Shown: positions 1 through 13,129 of the stretch, one piece after another
How the letters are laid out: each line of letters starts with the position of its first letter
Numbering within the stretch: position 1 is the first letter of the stretch
NCBI GenBank assembly: GCA_964016885.1
Contig: OZ024745.1
Span: 59,520,001-59,584,000, forward strand
Length of the DNA: 64,000 nt
Direction: 5' to 3'
Source of the DNA: Eledone cirrhosa
Lineage: Eukaryota
Position numbers and translations under genes: made by a program
Notes under the pieces: generated by a model
Told to the model about the DNA's origin: nothing
The model's input: only the letters and a program-made list of their open reading frames with translations
Databases searched by the model: none

Positions 1-99
1 AAACCTCGACTTGGAGTGAGAACCTCGCCTTGGAGTGAGAACCTCGACTTGGAGTGAAAACCTCGACTTGGAGTGAGAACCTCGACTTGGAGTGAAAAC

Positions 100-2560
100 C
101 TCGACTTGGAGTGAAAACCTCGATTTGGAGTGAAAACCTAGACTTGGAGTGAAAACCTCGATTTGGAGTGAAAACCTCGACTTGGAGTGAGAACCTCGAC
201 TTGGAGTGAGAACCTCGACTTGGAGTGAAAACCTAGACTTGGAGTGAAAACCTCGATTTGGAGTGAAAACCTAGACTTGGAGTGAAAACCTCGACTTGGA
301 GTGAGAACCTCGACTTGGAGTGAGAACCTCGACTTGGAGTGAAAACCTCGACTTGGAGTGAGAACCTCGACTTGGAGTGAAAACCTCGACTTGGAGTGAA
401 AACCTCGACTTGGAGTGAGAACCTCGACTTGGAGTGAGAACCTCGACTTGGAGTGAAAACCTCGACTTGGAGTGAAAACCTCGACTTGGAGTGAAAACCT
501 CGACTTGGAGTGAGAACCTCGACTTGGAGTGAGAACCTCGATTTGGAGTGAGAACCTCGACTTGGAGTGAAAACCTCGATTTGGAGTGAGAACCTCGATT
601 TGGAGTGAGAACCTCGATTTGGAGTGAAAACCTCGATTTGGAGTGAGAACCTCGACTTGGAGTGAAAATCTCGATTTGGAGTGAGAACCTCGACTTGGAG
701 TGAAAACCTCGACTTGGAGTGAGAACCTCGACTTGGAGTGAGAACCTCGACTTGGAGTGAAAACCTCGACTTGGAGTGAGAACCGCGACTTGGAGTGAAA
801 ACCTCGACATGGAGTGAGAACCTCGACTTGGAGTGAGAACCACGACTTGGAGTGAGAACCTCGACTTGGAGTGAGAACCACGACTTGGAGTGAGAACCTC
901 GACTTGGAGTGAGAACCTCGACTTGGAGTGAAAACCTCGACTTGGAGTGAAAACCTCGACTTGGAGTGAAAACCTCGACTTGGAGTGAAAACCTCGACTT
1001 GGAGTGAGAACCTCGACTTGGAGTGAGAACCTCGACTTGGAGTGAAAACCTCGACTTGGAGTGACAACCTCGACTTGGAGTGAAAACCTCGACTTGGAGT
1101 GAAAACCTCGACTTGGAGTGAGAACCTCGACTTGGAGTGAGAACCTCGACTTGGAGTGAGAACCTCGACTTGGAGTGAGAACCTCGACTTGGAGTGAAAA
1201 CCTCGACTTGGAGTGAGAACCTCGACTTGGGGTGAAAACCTCGACTTGGAGTGAGAACCTCGACTTGGAGTGAGAACCTCGACTTGGGGTGAAAACCTAG
1301 ACTTGGGGTGAAAACCTCGACTTGGAGTGAAAACCTCGACTTGGAGTGAGAACCTCGACTTGGAGTGAGAACCTCGACTTGGAGTGAAAACCTCGACTTG
1401 GAGTGAAAACCTCGACTTGGAGTGAAAACCTCGACTTGGAGTGAGAACCTCGACTTGGAGTGAGAACCTCGACTTGGAGTGAGAACCTCGACTTGGAGTG
1501 AAAACCTCGACTTGGAGTGAGAACCTCGAATTTGAGTGAGAACCTCGACTTGGAGTAAAAACCTCGACTTGGAGTGAGAACCTCGACTTGGAGTGAAAAC
1601 CTCGACTTGGAGTGAGAACCTCGACTTGGAGTGAGAACCTCGACTTGGAGTGAGAACCTCGACTTGGAGTGAAAACCTCGACTTGGAGTGAGAACCTCGA
1701 CTTGGAGTGAAAACCTCGACTTGGAGTGAGAACCTCGACTTGGAGTGAAAACCTCGACTTGGAGTGAGAACCTCGACTTGGAGTGAAAACCTCGACTTGG
1801 AGTGAGAACCTCGACTTGGAGTGAGAACCTCGACTTGGAGTGAAAACCTCGACTTGGAGTGAGAATCTCGACTTGGAGTGAAAACCTCGACTTGGAGTGA
1901 GAACCTCGACTTGGAGTGAGAACCTCGACTTGGAGTGAGAACCTCGCCTTGGAGTGAAAACCTCGCCTTGGAGTGAAAACCTCGACTTGGAGTGAAAACC
2001 TCGATTTGGAGTGAGAACCTCGACTTGGAGTGAAAACCTCGATTTGGAGTGAAAACCTCGATTTGGAGTGAAAACCTCGACTTGGAGTGAAAACCTCGAC
2101 TTGGAGTGAGAACCTCGACTTGGAGTGAGAACCTCGACTTGGAGTGAAAACCTCGACATGGAGTGAAAACCTCGACTTGGAGTGAGAACCTCGACTTGGA
2201 GTGAAAACCTTGATTTGGAGTGAGAACCTTGACTTGGAGTGAAAACCTCGATTTGGAGTGAAAACCTCGACTTGGAGTGAAAACCTCGACTTGGAGTGAA
2301 AACCTCGACTTGGAGTGAGAACCTCGACTTGGAGTGAGAACCTCGACTTGGAGTGAAAACCGCGACTTGGAGTGAGAACCTCGACTTGGAGTGAGAACCT
2401 CGACTTGGAGTGAGAACCTCGACTTGGAGTGAGAACCGCGACTTGGAGTGAAAACCTCGACTTGGAGTGAGAACCTCGACTTGGAGTGAGAACCACGACT
2501 TGGAGTGAGAACCTCGACTTGGAGTGAGAACCACGACTTGGAGTGAGAACCTCGACTTGG
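100..2560. repeat. About 2.5-kb variant-defined segment, copied about 19.8 kb downstream (about 19,870-22,440)
   Basis: The same rare variants occur in the same order: CCTAGAC cluster (139/234/272 vs 19889-20041), CCACGAC pair (841 vs 20629, offset 19,788), GGGGTGAAAACCTAGACTTGGGG (1298 vs 21086, offset 19,788), GAGAATCTCG (1861 vs 21744, offset 19,883), second CCACGAC pair (2493 vs 22376, offset 19,883). Confidence 0.85.
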
Positions 2561-3599
2561 AGTGAAAACCTCGACTTGGAGTGAGAACCTCGACTTGGGG
2601 TGAAAACCTCGACTTGGAGTGAGAACCTCGACTTGGAGTGAGAACCTCGACTTGGGGTGAAAACCTAGACTTGGGGTGAAAACCTCGACTTGGAGTGAGA
2701 ACCTCGACTTGGATTGAAAACCTCGACTTGGAGTGAAAACCTCGGCTTGGAGTGAAAACCTCGACTTGGAGTGAGAACCTCGACTTGGAGTGAAAACCTC
2801 GACTTGGAGTGAGAACCTCGACTTGGAGTGAGAACCTCGACTTGGAGTGAAAACCTCGACTTGGAGTGAAAACCTCGACTTGGAGTGAGAACCTCGACTT
2901 GGAGTGAGAACCTCGACTTGGAGTGAGAACCTCGACTTGGAGTGAGAACCTCGACTTGGAGTGAGAACCTCGACTTGGAGTGAAAACCTCGACTTGGAGT
3001 GAGAACCTCGACTTGGAGTGAAAACCTCGACTTGGAGTGAGAACCTCGACTTGGAGTGAGAACCTCGACTTGGAGTGAGAACCTCGACTTGGAGTGAAAA
3101 CCTCGACTTAGAGTGAGAACCTCGACTTGGAGTGAAAACCTCGACTTGGAGTGAGAACCTCGACTTGGAGTGAAAACCTCGACTTGGAGTGAGAACCTCG
3201 ACTTGGAGTGAAAACCTCGACTTGGAGTGAGAACCTCGACTTGGAGTGAGAACCTCGACTTGGAGTGAGAACCTCGACTTGGAGTGAGAACCTCGACTTG
3301 GAGTGAAAACCTCGACTTGGAGTGAGAACCTCGACTTGGAGTGAAAACCTCGACTTGGAGTGAGAACCTCGCCTTGGAGTGAAAACCTCGACTTGGAGTG
3401 AGAACCTCGCCTTGGAGTGAAAACCTCGACTTGGAGTGAAAACCTCGACTTGGAGTGAAAACCTAGACTTGGAGTGAAAACCTCGATTTGGAGTGAAAAC
3501 CTCGACTTGGAGTGAGAACCTCGACTTGGAGTGAGAACCTCGACTTGGAGTGAAAACCTCGACTTGGAGTGAAAACCTCGACTTGGAGTGAGAACCTCG

Positions 3600-6500
3600 A
3601 CTTGGAGTGAGAACCTCGACTTGGAGTGAAAACCTCGACATGGAGTGAAAACCTCGACTTGGAGTGAGAACCTCGACTTGGAGTGAAAACCTCGACTTGG
3701 AGTGAAAACCTCGCCTTGGAGTGAAAACCTCGCCTTGGAGTGAAAACCTCGACTTTGAGTGAAAACCTCGCCTTGGAGTGAAAACCTCGACTTTGAGTGA
3801 GAACGTCGATTGGAGTGAAAACCTCGACTTGGAGTGAGAACCTCGACTTGGAGTGAGAACCTCGACTTGGAGTGAGAACCTCGACTTGGAGTGAGAACCT
3901 CGACTTGGGGTGAAAACCTCGACTTGGAGTGAGAACCTCGACTTGGAGAGAAAACCTCGACTTGGAGTGAAAACCCCGACTTGGAGTGAAAACCTCGACT
4001 TGGAGTGAGAACCTCGACTTGGAGTGAAAACCTCGACTTGGAGTGAGAACCTCGACTTGGAGTGAGAACCTCGACTTGGAGTGAGAACCTCGACTTGGAG
4101 TGAAAACCTCGACTTGGAGTGAAAACCTCGACTTGGAGTGAAAACCTCGACTTGGAGTGAAAACCCCGACTTGGAGTGAAAACCTCGACTTGGAGTGAGA
4201 ACCTCGACTTGGAGTGAGAACCTCGACTTGGAGTGAAAACCTCGATTTGGAGTGAAAACCTCGACTTGGAGTGAAAACCTCGACTTGGAGTGAGAACCTC
4301 GGCTTGGAGTGAAAACCTCGACTTGGAGTAATAACCGCGACTTTGAGTGAAAACCTCGACTTGGAGTGAGAACCTCGACTTGGAGTAATAACCGCGACTT
4401 TGAGTGAAAACCTCGACTTGGAGTGAGAACCTCGACTTGGAGTGAGAACCTCGACTTGGAGTGAAAACCTCGACTTGGAGTGACAACCTCGACTTGGAGT
4501 GAAAACCTCGACTTGGAGTGAAAACCTCGACTTGGAGTGAGAACCTCGACTTGGAGTGAGAACCTCGACTTGGAGTGAAAACCTCGACTTGGAGTGAGAA
4601 CCTCGACTTGGGGTGAAAACCTCGACTTGGAGTGAGAACCTCGACTTGGAGTGAGAACCTCGACTTGGGGTGAAAACCTCGACTTGGAGTGAAAACCTCG
4701 ACTTGGAGTGAGAACCTCGACTTGGAGTGAAAACCTCGACTTGGAGTGAGAACCTCGACTTGGAGTGAGAACCTCGACTTTGAGTGAGAACGTCGATTGG
4801 AGTGAAAACCTCGACTTGGAGTGAGAACCTCGACTTGGAGTGAGAACCTCGACTTGGAGTGAGAACCTCGACTTGGAGTGAGAACCTCGACTTGGGGTGA
4901 AAACCTCGACTTGGAGTGAGAACCTCGACTTGGAGAGAAAACCTCGACTTGGAGTGAAAACCCCGACTTGGAGTGAAAACCTCGACTTGGAGTGAGAACC
5001 TCGACTTGGAGTGAAAACCTCGACTTGGAGTGAGAACCTCGACTTGGAGTGAGAACCTCGACTTGGAGTGAGAACCTCGACTTGGAGTGAAAACCTCGAC
5101 TTGGAGTGAAAACCTCGACTTGGAGTGAAAACCCCGACTTGGAGTGAAAACCTCGACTTGGAGTGAAAACCCCGACTTGGAGTGAAAACCTCGACTTGGA
5201 GTGAGAAACTCGACTTGGAGTGAGAACCTCGACTTGGAGTGAAAACCTCGATTTGGAGTGAAAACCTCGACTTGGAGTGAAAACCTCGACTTGGAGTGAG
5301 AACCTCGACTTGGAGTGAAAACCTCGACTTGGAGTAATAACCGCGACTTTGAGTGAAAACCTCGACTTGGAGTGAGAACCTCGACTTGGAGTAATAACCG
5401 CGACTTTGAGTGAAAACCTCGACTTGGAGTGAGAACCTCGACTTGGAGTGAGAACCTCGACTTGGAGTGAAAACCTCGACTTGGAGTGACAACCTCGACT
5501 TGGAGTGAAAACCTCGACTTGGAGTGAAAACCTCGACTTGGAGTGAGAACCTCGACTTGGAGTGAGAACCTCGACTTGGAGTGAAAACCTCGACTTGGAG
5601 TGAGAACCTCGACTTGGGGTGAAAACCTCGACTTGGAGTGAGAACCTCGACTTGGAGTGAGAACCTCGACTTGGGGTGAAAACCTCGACTTGGAGTGAAA
5701 ACCTCGACTTGGAGTGAGAACCTCGACTTGGAGTGAAAACCTCGACTTGGAGTGAGAACCTCGACTTGGAGTGAGAACCTCGACTTGGAGTGAAAACCTC
5801 GACTTGGAGTGAAAACCGCGACTTGGAGTGAAAACCGCGACTTGGAGTGAGAACCTCGACTTGGAGTGAAAACCTCGACTTGGAGTGAAAACCTCGACTT
5901 GGAGTGAGAACCTCGACTTGGAGTGAGAACCTCGACTTGGAGTGAGAACCTCGACTTGGAGTGAAAACCTCGACTTGGAGTGAGAACCTCGACTTGGAGT
6001 GAGAACCTCGACTTGGAGTGAAAACCTCGACTTGGAGTGAAAACCTCGACTTGGAGTGAGAACCTCGATTTGGAGTGAAAACCTCGACTTGGAGTGAGAA
6101 CCTCGACTTGGAGTGAAAACCTCGATTTGGAGTGAAAACCTCGACTTGGAGTGAAAACCTCGACTTGGAGTGAGAACCTCGACTTGGAGTGAGAACCTCG
6201 ACTTGGAGTGAAAACCTCGACATGGAGTGAAAACCTCGACTTGGAGTGAAAACCTCGACATGGAGTGAGAACCTCGACTTGGAGTGAGAACCTCGACTTG
6301 GAGTGAAAACCTCGACTTGGAGTGAAAACCTCGACTTGGAGTGAGAACCTCGACTTGGAGTGAGAACCTCGACTTGGGGTGAAAACCTCGACTTGGAGTG
6401 AAAACCTCGACTTGGAGTGAGAACCTCGACTTGGAGTGAAAACCTCGACTTGGAGTGAGAACCTCGACTTGGAGTGAGAACCTCGACTTGGAGTGAAAAC

Positions 6501-9500
6501 CTCGACTTGGAGTGAGAATCTCGACTTGGAGTGAAAACCTCGACTTGGAGTGAGAACCTCGACTTGGAGTGAAAACCTCGACTTGGAGTGAGAACCTCGC
6601 CTTGGAGTGAAAACCTCGACTTGGAGTGAAAACCTCGACTTGGAGTGAAAACCTCGATTTGGAGTGAGAACCTCGACTTGGAGTGAAAACCTCGATTTGG
6701 AGTGAAAACCTCGATTTGGAGTGAAAACCTCGACTTGGAGTGAAAACCTCGACTTGGAGTGAGAACCTCGACTTGGAGTGAGAACCTCGACTTGGAGTGA
6801 AAACCTCGACATGGAGTGAAAACCTCGACTTGGAGTGAGAACCTCGACTTGGAGTGAAAACCTCGATTTGGAGTGAGAACCTCGACTTGGAGTGAAAACC
6901 TCGATTTGGAGTGAGAACCTCGACTTGGAGTGAAAACCTCGATTTGGAGTGAAAACCTCGACTTGGAGTGAAAACCTCGACTTGGAGTGAAAACCTCGAC
7001 TTGGAGTGAGAACCTCGACTTGGAGTGAGAACCTCGACTTGGAGTGAAAACATCGACTTGGAGTGAGAACCTCGACTTGGAGTGAGAACCTCGACTTGGA
7101 GTGAGAACCTCGACTTGGAGTGAGAACCGCGACTTGGAGTGAAAACCTCGACTTGGAGTGAGAACCTCGACTTGGAGTGAGAACCACGACTTGGAGTGAG
7201 AACCTCGACTTGGAGTGAGAACCACGACTTGGAGTGAGAACCTCGACTTGGAGTGAAAACCTCGACTTGGAGTGAAAACCTCGACTTGGAGTGAAAACCT
7301 CGACTTGGAGTGAGAACCTCGACTTGGAGTGAGAACCTCGACTTGGAGTGAAAACCTCGACTTGGAGTGACAACCTCGACTTGGAGTGAAAACCTCGACT
7401 TGGAGTGAAAACCTCGACTTGGAGTGAGAACCTCGACTTGGAGTGAGAACCTCGACTTGGAGTGAGAACCTCGACTTGGAGTGAGAACCTCGACTTGGAG
7501 TGAGAACCTCGACTTGGAGTGAAAACCTCGACTTGGAGTGAGAACCTCGACTTGGGGTGAAAACCTCGACTTGGAGTGAGAACCTCGACTTGGAGTGAGA
7601 ACCTCGACTTGGGGTGAAAACCTAGACTTGGGGTGAAAACCTCGACTTGGAGTGAGAACCTCGACTTGGAGTGAAAACCTCGATTTGAAGTGAAAACCTC
7701 GACTTGGAGTGAAAACCTCGACTTGGAGTGAGAACCTCGACTTGGAGTGAGAACCTCGACTTGGAGTGAAAACCTCGACATGGAGTGAAAACCTCGACTT
7801 GGAGTGAGAACCTCGACTTGGAGTGAAAACCTCGACTTGGAGTGAAAACCTCGCCTTGGAGTGAAAACCTCGCCTTGGAGTGAAAACCTCGACTTTGAGT
7901 GAAAACCTCGCCTTGGAGTGAAAACCTCGACTTTGAGTGAGAACGTCGATTGGAGTGAAAACCTCGACTTGGAGTGAGAACCTCGACTTGGAGTGAGAAC
8001 CTCGACTTGGAGTGAGAACCTCGACTTGGAGTGAGAACCTCGACTTGGGGTGAAAACCTCGACTTGGAGTGAGAACCTCGACTTGGAGAGAAAACCTCGA
8101 CTTGGAGTGAAAACCCCGACTTGGAGTGAAAACCTCGACTTGGAGTGAGAACCTCGACTTGGAGTGAAAACCTCGACTTGGAGTGAGAACCTCGACTTGG
8201 AGTGAGAACCTCGACTTGGAGTGAGAACCTCGACTTGGAGTGAAAACCTCGACTTGGAGTGAAAACCTCGACTTGGAGTGAAAACCCCGACTTGGAGTGA
8301 AAACCTCGACTTGGAGTGAAAACCCCGACTTGGAGTGAAAACCTCGACTTGGAGTGAGAACCTCGACTTGGAGTGAGAACCTCGACTTGGAGTGAAAACC
8401 TCGATTTGGAGTGAAAACCTCGACTTGGAGTGAAAACCTCGACTTGGAGTGAGAACCTCGACTTGGAGTGAAAACCTCGACTTGGAGTAATAACCGCGAC
8501 TTTGAGTGAAAACCTCGACTTGGAGTGAGAACCTCGACTTGGAGTAATAACCGCGACTTTGAGTGAAAACCTCGACTTGGAGTGAGAACCTCGACTTGGA
8601 GTGAGAACCTCGACTTGGAGTGAAAACCTCGACTTGGAGTGACAACCTCGACTTGGAGTGAAAACCTCGACTTGGAGTGAAAACCTCGACTTGGAGTGAG
8701 AACCTCGACTTGGAGTGAGAACCTCGACTTGGAGTGAAAACCTCGACTTGGAGTGAGAACCTCGACTTGGGGTGAAAACCTCGACTTGGAGTGAGAACCT
8801 CGACTTGGAGTGAGAACCTCGACTTGGGGTGAAAACCTCGACTTGGAGTGAAAACCTCGACTTGGAGTGAGAACCTCGACTTGGAGTGAAAACCTCGACT
8901 TGGAGTGAGAACCTCGACTTGGAGTGAGAACCTCGACTTTGAGTGAGAACGTCGATTGGAGTGAAAACCTCGACTTGGAGTGAGAACCTCGACTTGGAGT
9001 GAGAACCTCGACTTGGAGTGAGAACCTCGACTTGGAGTGAGAACCTCGACTTGGGGTGAAAACCTCGCCTTGGAGTGAGAACCTCGACTTGGAGAGAAAA
9101 CCTCGACTTGGAGTGAAAACCCCGACTTGGAGTGAAAACCTCGACTTGGAGTGAGAACCTCGACTTGGAGTGAAAACCTCGACTTGGAGTGAGAACCTCG
9201 ACTTGGAGTGAGAACCTCGACTTGGAGTGAGAACCTCGACTTGGAGTGAAAACCTCGACTTGGAGTGAAAACCTCGACTTGGAGTGAAAACCCCGACTTG
9301 GAGTGAAAACCTCGACTTGGAGTGAAAACCCCGACTTGGAGTGAAAACCTCGACTTGGAGTGAGAAACTCGACTTGGAGTGAGAACCTCGACTTGGAGTG
9401 AAAACCTCGATTTGGAGTGAAAACCTCGACTTGGAGTGAAAACCTCGACTTGGAGTGAGAACCTCGACTTGGAGTGAAAACCTCGACTTGGAGTAATAAC

Positions 9501-10560
9501 CGCGACTTTGAGTGAAAACCTCGACTTGGAGTGAGAACCTCGACTTGGAGTAATAACCGCGACTTTGAGTGAAAACCTCGACTTGGAGTGAGAACCTCGA
9601 CTTGGAGTGAGAACCTCGACTTGGAGTGAAAACCTCGACTTGGAGTGACAACCTCGACTTGGAGTGAAAACCTCGACTTGGAGTGAAAACCTCGACTTGG
9701 AGTGAGAACCTCGACTTGGAGTGAGAACCTCGACTTGGAGTGAAAACCTCGACTTGGAGTGAGAACCTCGACTTGGGGTGAAAACCTCGACTTGGAGTGA
9801 GAACCTCGACTTGGAGTGAGAACCTCGACTTGGGGTGAAAACCTCGACTTGGAGTGAAAACCTCGACTTGGAGTGAGAACCTCGACTTGGAGTGAAAACC
9901 TCGACTTGGAGTGAGAACCTCGACTTGGAGTGAGAACCTCGACTTGGAGTGAAAACCTCGACTTGGAGTGAAAACCGCGACTTGGAGTGAAAACCGCGAC
10001 TTGGAGTGAGAACCTCGACTTGGAGTGAGAACCTCGACTTGGAGTGAAAACCTCGACTTGGAGTGAGAACCTCGACTTGGAGTGAGAACCTCGACTTGGA
10101 GTGAGAACCTCGACTTGGAGTGAAAACCTCGACTTGGAGTGAAAACCTCGATTTGGAGTGAGAACCTCGACTTGGAGTGAAAACCTCGACTTGGAGTGAA
10201 AACCTCGACTTGGAGTGAGAACCTCGATTTGGAGTGAAAACCTCGACTTGGAGTGAGAACCTCGACTTGGAGTGAAAACCTCGATTTGGAGTGAAAACCT
10301 CGACTTGGAGTGAAAACCTCGACTTGGAGTGAGAACCTCGACTTGGAGTGAGAACCTCGACTTGGAGTGAAAACCTCGACTTGGAGTGAAAACCTCGACT
10401 TGGAGTGAAAACCTCGACATGGAGTGAGAACCTCGACTTGGAGTGAGAACCTCGACTTGGAGTGAAAACCTCGACTTGGAGTGAAAACCTCGACTTGGAG
10501 TGAGAACCTCGACTTGGAGTGAGAACCTCGACTTGGGGTGAAAACCTCGACTTGGAGTGA
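3600..10560. repeat. Nested higher-order repeat: 57-bp duplication inside an about 1.0-kb duplication inside an about 4.15-kb duplication
   Basis: Variant GGAGTAATAACCGCGACTTTGAG occurs 8 times (TAATAA at 4329, 4386, 5335, 5392, 8488, 8545, 9494, 9551), giving spacings of 57, 1006 and 4159 bp. The 18-bp variant AACGTCGATTGG at 3804, 4791, 7944 and 8950 fits the same hierarchy. Confidence 0.9.
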
Positions 10561-13129
10561 AAACCTCGACTTGGAGTGAGAACCTCGACTTGGAGTGAAA
10601 ACCTCGACTTGGAGTGAAAACCTCGACTTGGAGTGAAAACCTCGACTTGGAGTGAAAACCTCGACTTGGAGTGAAAACCTCGACTTGGAGTGAAAACCTC
10701 GACTTGGAGTGAAAACCTCGACTTCGAGTGAAAACCTCGACTTGGAGTGAGAACCTCGACTTGGAGTGAGAACCTCGACTTGGAGTGAGAACCTCGACTT
10801 GGAGTGAGAACCTCGACTTGGAGTGAGAACCTCGACTTGGAGTGAAAACCTCGACTTGGAGTGAGAACCTCGACTTGGAGTGAGAACCTCGACTTGGAGT
10901 GAAAACCTCGACTTGGAGTGAGAACCTCGATTTGGAGTGAAAACCTCGACTTGGAGTGAAAACCTCGACTTGGAGTGAGAACCTCGACTTGGAGTGAGAA
11001 CCTCGACTTGGAGTGAGAACCTCGACTTGGAGTGAAAACCTCGACTTGGAGTGAAAACCTCGACTTGGAGTGAAAACCTCGACTTGGAGTGAGAACCTCG
11101 ACTTGGAGTGAGGACCTCGACTTGGAGTGAAAACCTCGACTTGGAGTGAGAACCTCGACTTGGAGTGAAAACCTCGACTTGGAGTGAGAACCTCGACTTG
11201 GAGTGAGAACCTCGACTTGGAGTGAAAACCTCGACTTGGAGTGAGAACCTCGATTTGGAGTGAAAACCTCGACTTGGAGTGAAAACCTCGACTTGGAGTG
11301 AGAACCTCGACTTGGAGTGAGAACCTCGACTTGGAGTGAAAACCTCGACATGGAGTGAAAACCTCGACTTGGAGTGAAAACCTCGACATGGAGTGAGAAC
11401 CTCGACTTGGAGTGAGAACCTCGACTTGGAGTGAAAACCGCGACTTGGAGTGAAAACCTCGACTTGGAGTGAAAACCTCGACTTGGAGTGAAAACCTCGA
11501 CTTGGAGTGAGAACCTCGACTTGGAGTGAAAACCTCGACTTGGAGTGAAAACCTCGACTTGGAGTGAGAACCTCGACTTTGAGTGAGAACCTCGATTGGA
11601 GTGAAAACCTCGACTTGGAGTGAAAACCTCGACTTGGAGTGAGAACCTCGACTTGGAGTGAAAACCTCGACTTGGAGTGAGAACCTCGACTTGGAGTGAA
11701 AACCTCGACTTGGAGTGAAAACCTCGACTTGGAGTGAGAACCTCGACTTGGAGTGAAAACCTCGACTTGGAGTGAAAACCTCGGCTTGGAGTGAAAACCT
11801 CGACTTGGAGTGAAAACCTCGACTTGGAGTGAGAACCTCGACTTGGAGTGAAAACCTCTACTTGGATTGAAAACCTCGACTTGGAGTGAGAACCTCGACT
11901 TGGAGTGAGAACCTCGACTTGGAGTGAAAACCTCGACTTGGAGTGAGAACCTCGACTTGGAGTGAAAACCTCGACTTGGAGTGAAAACCTCGACTTGGAG
12001 TGAGAACCTCGACTTGGAGTGAAAACCTCGACTTGGATTGAAAACCTCGACTTGGAGTGAAAACCTCGACTTGGATTGAAAACCTCGACTTGGAGTGAGA
12101 ACCTCGACTTGGAGTGAGAACCTCGACTTGGAGTGAAAACCTCGACTTGGAGTGAGAACCTCGACTTGGAGTGAAAACCTCGACTTGGAGTGAAAACCTC
12201 GACTTGGAGTGAGAACCTCGACTTGGAGTGAAAACCTCGACTTGGAGTGAAAACCTCGACTTGGAGTGAAAACCTCGACTTGGAGTGAGAACCTCGACTT
12301 GGAGTGAGAACCTCGACTTGGAGTGAAAACCTCGACTTGGAGTGAAAACCTCGACTTGGAGAGAAAACCTCGACTTGGAGTGAAAACCTCGACTTGGAGT
12401 TAAAACCTCGACTTGGAGTTAAAACCTCGACTTGGAGTTAAAACCTCGACTTGGAGTTAAAACCTCGACTTTGAGTGAGAACCTCGCCTTGGAGTGAAAA
12501 CCTCGACTTGGAGTGAAAACCTCGACTTGGAGTGAAAACCTCGACTTGGAGTGAAAACCTCGACTTGGAGTGAAAACCTCGACTTGGAGTGAAAACCTCG
12601 ACTTGGAGTGAAAACCTCGATTTGGAGTGAAAACTTAGACTTGGAGTGAAAACCTCGATTTGGAGTGAAAAGCTCGACTTGGAGTGAGAACCTCGACTTG
12701 GAGTGAAAACCTCGACTTGGAGTGAGAACCTCGACTTGGAGTGAAAACCTCGACTTGGAGTGAAAACCTCGACTTGGAGTGAAAACCTCGATTTGGAGTG
12801 AAAACCTAGACTTGGAGTGAAAACCTCGATTTGGAGTGAAAACCTAGACTTGGAGTGAAAACCTCGATTTGGAGTGAGAACCTCGAGTTGGAGTGAGAAC
12901 CTCGACTTGGAGTGAAAACCTCGACTTGGAGTGAGAACCTCGACTTGGAGTGAAAACCTCGACTTGGAGTGAGAACCTCGACTTGGAGTGAAAACCTCGA
13001 CTTGGAGTGAGAACCTCGACTTGGAGTGAGAACCGCGACTTGGAGTGAAAACCTCGACTTGGAGTGAGAACCTCGACTTGGAGTGAGAACCTCGACTTGG
13101 AGTGAGAACCTCGACTTGGAGTGAGAACC

